NCBI GenBank assembly: GCA_041395565.1 | Contig: JAWLAI010000005.1 | Span: 293,364-357,363 of the forward strand | Length of the DNA stretch: 64,000 bases | Direction: 5' to 3' | Source: Pseudomonadota bacterium | Lineage (GTDB): Bacteria > Pseudomonadota > Gammaproteobacteria > UBA9214 | Shown: in pieces, positions 59,056 to 64,000 of the stretch | Numbering within the stretch: the stretch's first letter is position 1 | Layout: each line of letters starts with the position of its first letter | Program-made: the position numbers and the translations under genes | Notes under the pieces: generated by a model | The model's input: only the letters and a program-made list of their open reading frames with translations | The model's database searches: none | Told to the model about the DNA's origin: nothing

Positions 59056-60528
59056 ATGGACGACCCGCACGATCTCGAATTGCTGCTGCACTCGCGCGTG
59101 CCGCTGATCACGATCGAAACCCGCGACGAGAAGCGGGTGACGCAGCTGTTTGCCAGCCTCGCGCTGCGCCTGGGCGTGCCGGTCATGGCATGGTCCGCCA
59201 CCAGCGGCCTGCAGCGCGTGGATCTCGAGCTCGCCCCGCAGCAACATGCCAGTGACCCGCAGCAGGCGCTTGGCCAGATCAAGTCCACCCGCACGCCTAC
59301 CATCTATCTGCTGCTCGATTTCCATCCCTACCTTGAGGACGCCTATAACGTACGGCTGCTCAAGGAAATCGCGCTCGACTATCACGAGTTGCGCCACACG
59401 CTGGTCTTCGTCAGCCACGAGTTCAGGCTGCCGGCAGAACTCGACGGCCTGGCGGCACAGTTTTCCCTGTCGCTGCCGGATCGCGATGAGTTGGAGAGGC
59501 TGATCCGCGAAGAGGCCGCACACTGGACCCAGGTCAACCCCGGCCGCCAGGTCAGAACCGACCGCAAGACCCTGGACCTTATCATCGGCCAGCTGCGCGG
59601 CCTGACCACCGGCGACGCGCGGCGCATCATCCGCAGCATCATCTTCGATGATGGTGCCATCCGGGAGAACGACCTGGACCGGGTGACGCGCGCCCGCTAC
59701 CGCCTGATCGAGGCCAACGGCGCGCTCAGCTGCGAATTCGACACGGCGGATTTCGCCGCCGTCGGCGGCCTGCATAACCTCAAGCGCTGGCTGCAACGCC
59801 GTCGCGTCGCCTTTCTGGACGGGGCGACCGGTCCGGACCAGCCGCGGGGCATCCTGCTGGTCGGTGTACAGGGCGGCGGCAAGAGCCTTGCCGCCAAGGC
59901 GGTGGCCGGCATGTGGTCGCTGCCGCTGCTGCGGCTGGACTTCGGGACGCTATTTAACAAGTACTTTGGTGAAACGGAACGCAACCTGCGCGAGGCGCTG
60001 CGCGCGGCGGAAGCCATGGCCCCGTGCGTGCTGTGGATCGACGAAATCGAAAAGGCGCTCGCTGCGGGCGATACCGACAGCGGCACCTCCCGCCGCATCC
60101 TGGGCAGCCTGCTGACCTGGATGGCGGAGCGCAAGGCCGCGGTCTTTATCGTAGCCACCGCCAATGCCATCGACGAATTGCCGCCGGAACTGGTACGCAA
60201 GGGCCGCCTGGATGAAATCTTCTTCGTGGACCTGCCGGATGCCGCCACGCGCGCCGAGATATTCGCCATTCATCTGCGCAAGCGTGACCACAAACCGCTG
60301 GATTTCGACCTCCAGACACTGGCCGGGCTCAGCGATGGCTACTCCGGGGCCGAGATCGAGCAGGCCATCGTGGCGGCAAGCTATCTCGCCCGGGAACAGC
60401 GCGCGACCCTGGATACGGCACACATCAGTCACGAACTCCAGCAGACCCGCCCGCTGTCGCAGATCATGACGGAAAAGATCGCCCGGCTGCGGCAGTGGGC
60501 CAGAGACCGCACCGTCCCGGCCAACTAG
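59056..60528 (+). CDS. AAA+ ATPase with about 240-aa N-terminal domain (Ycf46-like)
   Basis: Walker A GVQGGGKS, Walker B VLWIDEIEK and second region of homology VATANAIDELPPELVRKGRLDE. The N-terminus DLELLLHSRVPLITIETRDEKRV resembles Ycf46-family proteins as I recall them. Confidence 0.85.
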   Translation: MDDPHDLELLLHSRVPLITIETRDEKRVTQLFASLALRLGVPVMAWSATSGLQRVDLELAPQQHASDPQQALGQIKSTRTPTIYLLLDFHPYLEDAYNVRLLKEIALDYHELRHTLVFVSHEFRLPAELDGLAAQFSLSLPDRDELERLIREEAAHWTQVNPGRQVRTDRKTLDLIIGQLRGLTTGDARRIIRSIIFDDGAIRENDLDRVTRARYRLIEANGALSCEFDTADFAAVGGLHNLKRWLQRRRVAFLDGATGPDQPRGILLVGVQGGGKSLAAKAVAGMWSLPLLRLDFGTLFNKYFGETERNLREALRAAEAMAPCVLWIDEIEKALAAGDTDSGTSRRILGSLLTWMAERKAAVFIVATANAIDELPPELVRKGRLDEIFFVDLPDAATRAEIFAIHLRKRDHKPLDFDLQTLAGLSDGYSGAEIEQAIVAASYLAREQRATLDTAHISHELQQTRPLSQIMTEKIARLRQWARDRTVPAN

Positions 60529-60592
60529 GTTAGCGTTGCGATCAAGCCACAGCTTGGTTGCGCCAAGGATTTGCGTCATCTGGCCTGTTTTA

Positions 60593-60613
60593 TTATCCAC
60601 CAGCTTATCCACA
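60593..60613 (+). promoter_or_regulatory. Two tandem DnaA boxes
   Basis: TTATCCACC (60593-60601, one mismatch) and TTATCCACA (60605-60613, perfect) in the same orientation, 12 bp start to start. Confidence 0.45.
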
Positions 60614-60683
60614 AGCCGGCGCCAGCTAAGCCACTGATGTTAGCTTGATAAAGCCCCAGTCCCGCCAGTTTTTCGGCACGGCC

Positions 60684-60692
60684 TGTGGATTT
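60684..60692 (-). promoter_or_regulatory. Third, inverted DnaA-box-like site
   Basis: TGTGGATTT is the reverse complement of AAATCCACA (two mismatches to TTATCCACA). It lies about 70 bp upstream of the DUF3135 ATG. Confidence 0.35.
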
Positions 60693-60761
60693 TTATGCTA
60701 GGATGGGCTGCACGCCGGAAAAAACAACAAAAGCCGCCCCAGCGGCAGGAAGGAGGCCGTC

Positions 60762-61118
60762 ATGCATGACCTTCCCGACAGCCAGTCATTCGATTTCGAT
60801 GCCTGGGCAAAACTGTTCGTAAAAGACCCTGAAGAATTCGAAAAACAAAGACTTATCGCCATCGAGCAGCTGATCCAGCAAGCACCGCCACACAAGCAGC
60901 AGCGGCTGCGCTGCCTGCAATGGAAACTGGACCAGGTGCGGCGCATCGCGCCCAATCCGCTGGCGGCTAGCCTGCGTATGAACGAGCTGCTGTGGGAGAG
61001 TCTAGCCGGCCCGGACGGCCTGATCGAACGCCTGAACCGACCGCGCCCGCAGCGCCAGCCCCCGCGGCGCGCCCGGGTCCTGCCGTTTCCGGCCGGCTTG
61101 TCGCAACCACAGGATTAA
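60762..61118 (+). CDS. DUF3135-like protein
   Basis: FDFDAWAKLFVKDPEEFEKQRLIAIEQLI...RLRCLQWKLD matches my recollection of DUF3135. Confidence 0.7.
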   Translation: MHDLPDSQSFDFDAWAKLFVKDPEEFEKQRLIAIEQLIQQAPPHKQQRLRCLQWKLDQVRRIAPNPLAASLRMNELLWESLAGPDGLIERLNRPRPQRQPPRRARVLPFPAGLSQPQD

Positions 61119-61190
61119 CGTATTATTCCCGGCCTTTTCACGGTCCCGGTCGTCGCTTTCCGGTAGCCGTTACATACGTTCGAGGTAGTC

Positions 61191-61394
61191 ATGAAAACCG
61201 AAACCCATCCGGCATACGATGCCGTCAAGGTCACCTGCAGCTGCGGCGAGACCTTCGAAACCCGGTCCACCGCGGGCAACGACCTGAACATCGAAGTCTG
61301 CTCCAAGTGCCATCCGTTCTATACCGGCAAGCAGAAGATGGTCGACACCGGCGGCCGGGTAGACAAGTTCCGCCAGCGTTACGGGAACAACTGA
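61191..61394 (+). CDS. rpmE: 50S ribosomal protein L31 (zinc-binding type A)
   Basis: [27 protein letters not shown]...[13 protein letters not shown], with both Cys pairs present. Confidence 0.95.
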   Translation: MKTETHPAYDAVKVTCSCGETFETRSTAGNDLNIEVCSKCHPFYTGKQKMVDTGGRVDKFRQRYGNN

Positions 61395-61405
61395 CCGCAG
61401 GGCGA

Positions 61406-62224
61406 ATGCGACCGGGTTCGTATCGCACAGGGGCGCCCGCCTTGGCCGCCCCTGTTTTGTTTATACTGCTCTCAGCCTGCCTGGCGGACACCACGGTGCC
61501 CGCGCAGGAATGCCCGGCCGTGCGTATCGACGAACGCGCCCGGGTCAGCTACGTATTCGATGGCGACACGGTCAGACTCGCAGATGGCAGACGCCTGCGG
61601 CTGATCGGCATCGATACACCCGAACTCGCCCGCGCCGACGAGACGGATGAGCCGCTGGCGCGGGTAGCGCGCACCCGGCTGCAGGAACTGCTCACCGCCG
61701 GCGCAAACGAGCTGCAGCTGCAGTTCGATAGCCAGCGCACCGACCACTACGGCCGGCTGCTGGCACATGCCTATCTCAACAACGGCGACAACGTGGCCGT
61801 GCAACTGCTACGGCAGGGCCTGGCCACCGCGCTGGTCGTACCGCCGAACACCCGGGAAGCGGACTGTTACGACGCCATTGAACACGCCGCACGGGCTGAA
61901 CGCCGGGGACTGTGGGCACTGCCCCGCTACCGCCCCCAGAACAGTACCGAATTGCCACCCGACGCCACGGGATTTCACATTGTGCGCGGACGGATCACCG
62001 CCGTGCGCACCCCGTCCGGCAGTACCTGGCTCGACCTGGAAGGGCCGTTAAGCCTGCACATCGGCGGCAGGGATCGCGCGCATTTCGCAGCGGGTTACCT
62101 GGAAGGACTGGCTGGACAGGAAGTCGAGGTACGTGGCTGGATCAGAACGGAGCGGAACGGCCTGCGCATGAATATCCGCCACCCCGCAGCCCTGACCGGA
62201 TTGACGCAAGCCGATGGCGGCTGA
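61406..62224 (+). CDS. Staphylococcal-nuclease-like (thermonuclease) protein, probable lipoprotein
   Basis: SNase motifs FDGDTVRL...RLIGIDTPE...YGRLLAHAY. Lipobox LLSAC. The start is uncertain: ATG 61406, TTG about 61442, or GTG 61496. Confidence 0.8.
   Translation: MRPGSYRTGAPALAAPVLFILLSACLADTTVPAQECPAVRIDERARVSYVFDGDTVRLADGRRLRLIGIDTPELARADETDEPLARVARTRLQELLTAGANELQLQFDSQRTDHYGRLLAHAYLNNGDNVAVQLLRQGLATALVVPPNTREADCYDAIEHAARAERRGLWALPRYRPQNSTELPPDATGFHIVRGRITAVRTPSGSTWLDLEGPLSLHIGGRDRAHFAAGYLEGLAGQEVEVRGWIRTERNGLRMNIRHPAALTGLTQADGG
61428..61462 (+). terminator. Intrinsic terminator of rpmE
   Basis: CAGGGGCG-(11-nt loop)-CGCCCCTG followed by TTTTGTTT, 34 nt after the rpmE stop. Confidence 0.75.
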
Positions 62225-63698
62225 GCTGCGCGTGGCCGACTTCCCGGTATTCCGCAGGCTGCTGCCTGTTATCGCGCTGATCGCACAACTGGCAGCCTGC
62301 GCCACTAACCCGGTGACCGGGGGATCGGATCTAGTACTGATGTCCGAAGCGCAGGAGATCAGCCTGGGCCGCAAATACAGTGCGGAAATAACCAAGGAAA
62401 TCCCGGCATACGAAGACCCGGCGCTCGCCCGCCTGGTACAGACGGTCGGTGACAAGGTCGCGGCCAGCAGCCATCGGCCGGACCTGATCTACCGCTTTAC
62501 CGTTCTGGATACTCCGACGGTGAATGCCTTCGCCCTGCCCGGTGGTTATATCTACATCACTCGCGGCCTGCTCGCCTACCTCAACTCCGAGGCCGAACTC
62601 GCTGCGGTACTGGGCCACGAGATCGGCCATGTCACCGCACGTCACAGCGTGCGCCAGCACAGTACGGCGACAGTTGCGGGGATACTCGGCACCGTGGTTG
62701 CCGCCGCCACCGGTATCCAGGGCGCAGACACACTCACCAACCTTGCCGGCACCGCCATCGTCCGCGGCTACGGCCGCGAGCATGAACTGGAAGCAGATCG
62801 ACTGGGCGCGGAGTATCTGGCGAAGAGCGGTTACGATCCCCATGGGATGCTCAATGTTGTGGGTGTTCTCAAGAATCAGGAAGCTTTCGATAAGCTGGTA
62901 GCCGAGAAGGAAGGCCGCGAACCCAGCGCCTACCACGGGCTGTTCGCAACCCATCCGGACAACGACACGCGCTTCCAGGAAGTAGTCAGGGCCGCGGCGG
63001 GATTGCACAGCGGGGCTGCAGCGACGGCAGACCGCGCAGCCTTCCTGCAGGCCATCGCTGGGCTGACTTTCGGTGAACGAGACGAGGACGGGGTGGTCAG
63101 AAAGCAACACTACTACCACAAGACGCTGGATTTCTCCCTGACCTTCCCGGACAACTGGCGTATCGACAACCGGGCGGATCGGGTGCTCGCCCGTTCCGCC
63201 GACAATGACGGCCTCATCCAGGTGACGGTGACCGACCTCAACAAGCGCATCACGCCCGCGGCATTCATGTCCGAACGCCTACAGCTGGAAAACATGCAGC
63301 ACGGCGAATCGTTCCGGGTCGGTGACTACGCTGGCTACACCGCGATTGCCGATGGCGGGACTCCCTACGGTGAACGTCCGGTGCGTTATGTCGTGATATT
63401 CCGGGATACCCGCGCGTGGATCATCGCGGGTGCCGCCAAGGAGCGGCGCGAGTCACGCCGCTATGACGCAGACATTTTGGCAACCGCACGCAGTTTTCAC
63501 GCACTGAGCGCGGCGGAACGGCCGCTGGCCACGGCGCATCATCTTGCGCTTATCCGTACAGCGCCGGGCAGCCGCTATGCAGATCTGGCAAAAGACTCGC
63601 CACTGGCGAATTTTCCCGAACAGCAGTTGCGCCTGCTGAACAACCAGTACCCCACCGGCGAGCCGGATGCCGGCAGCCTGCTGAAAATTGTTCGCTAG
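62214..63698 (+). CDS. M48-family zinc metalloprotease lipoprotein
   Basis: Lipobox LAAC, and HEIGHVTARH (HExxH) with downstream E in GREHELEAD. Confidence 0.9.
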   Translation: MAAELRVADFPVFRRLLPVIALIAQLAACATNPVTGGSDLVLMSEAQEISLGRKYSAEITKEIPAYEDPALARLVQTVGDKVAASSHRPDLIYRFTVLDTPTVNAFALPGGYIYITRGLLAYLNSEAELAAVLGHEIGHVTARHSVRQHSTATVAGILGTVVAAATGIQGADTLTNLAGTAIVRGYGREHELEADRLGAEYLAKSGYDPHGMLNVVGVLKNQEAFDKLVAEKEGREPSAYHGLFATHPDNDTRFQEVVRAAAGLHSGAAATADRAAFLQAIAGLTFGERDEDGVVRKQHYYHKTLDFSLTFPDNWRIDNRADRVLARSADNDGLIQVTVTDLNKRITPAAFMSERLQLENMQHGESFRVGDYAGYTAIADGGTPYGERPVRYVVIFRDTRAWIIAGAAKERRESRRYDADILATARSFHALSAAERPLATAHHLALIRTAPGSRYADLAKDSPLANFPEQQLRLLNNQYPTGEPDAGSLLKIVR

Positions 63699-63775
63699 CA
63701 GCGGGGCCTATATACTCCAGTTCCTGCATAAACATACCGATAAACCGGCAAACCGCCGCAAGTTAGGGACACGCG

Positions 63776-64000
63776 ATGAACAAGATCACCATCATTGGCG
63801 CCGGCCGCGTGGGAGAATCAACGGCACAGATACTGGCGACACGGGACATGTGTCGTGAGGTGGTACTGCTCGATATACGCGACGGCGCTGCCGCCGGGGC
63901 GGCACTGGATATCCGGCAGTCAGCCGCACTGCACCGCTTCGACTGCAGGGTTACCGGTGGCGCCAGTCCTGACCTGATGGCCGGCTCGGACCTGGTCATC
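63776..64000 (+). CDS. mdh: Malate/lactate dehydrogenase family (partial, 5' end)
   Basis: MNKITIIGAGRVGESTA Rossmann GxGxxG and VLLDI. Runs off the window. Confidence 0.85.
   Translation, partial: MNKITIIGAGRVGESTAQILATRDMCREVVLLDIRDGAAAGAALDIRQSAALHRFDCRVTGGASPDLMAGSDLVI

Overview
The window is GC-rich by eye (about mid-60s %, not computed), densely packed chromosomal DNA. Gene order points to a gammaproteobacterium. I see no rRNA, tRNA, CRISPR array, transposase, integrase or phage genes, so this is core genome rather than an accessory island.

Main blocks in order:
- pilJ'(partial)-pilI-pilH-pilG, divergent from gshB.
- An apbE / patatin / rhodanese / small secreted protein block.
- tonB-yqgE-ruvX-pyrR-pyrB-pyrC' (non-catalytic dihydroorotase).
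- A MacAB-like tripartite ABC efflux set, then rsmD.
- A lamin-tail-domain protein with a PEP-CTERM-like tail.
- An overlapping active/inactive M16 peptidase pair.
- ftsYEX-rpoH, an EptA/MCR-family phosphoethanolamine transferase, and phrB-ybgA.
- A same-strand string of uncharacterised membrane and secreted genes ending in GFA and corA.
- A complete aa3 cytochrome oxidase and assembly cluster (DUF2244-coxB-coxA-ctaG-coxC, SURF1, SCO, ctaB).
- bioB / bioFHCD, comF, ubiCA.
- recG-ridA-spoT-rpoZ-gmk-yicC.
- rph-rdgB-hemW, followed by overlapping CPXCG and Rof genes and a Ycf46-like AAA+ ATPase.
- DUF3135, rpmE, an SNase-like nuclease, an M48 protease and the start of mdh.

I found no convincing new multi-gene system. 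Most worth a second look:
1. An apparent 1-nt frameshift that splits the haem c domain of coxB.
2. A strongly AT-rich non-coding spacer of about 368 bp splitting bioB from bioFHCD. A BirA-type operator is present only upstream of bioB, where it overlaps the comF start codon.
3. A cluster of DnaA boxes upstream of the DUF3135 gene.
4. Three oversized, palindrome-rich intergenic spacers inside otherwise tight conserved operons. Two are bounded by perfect 12-13 bp inverted repeats.
5. The uncharacterised gene string at 27.5-30.7 kb.

All calls rest on reading the translations and the DNA. No database search was run.
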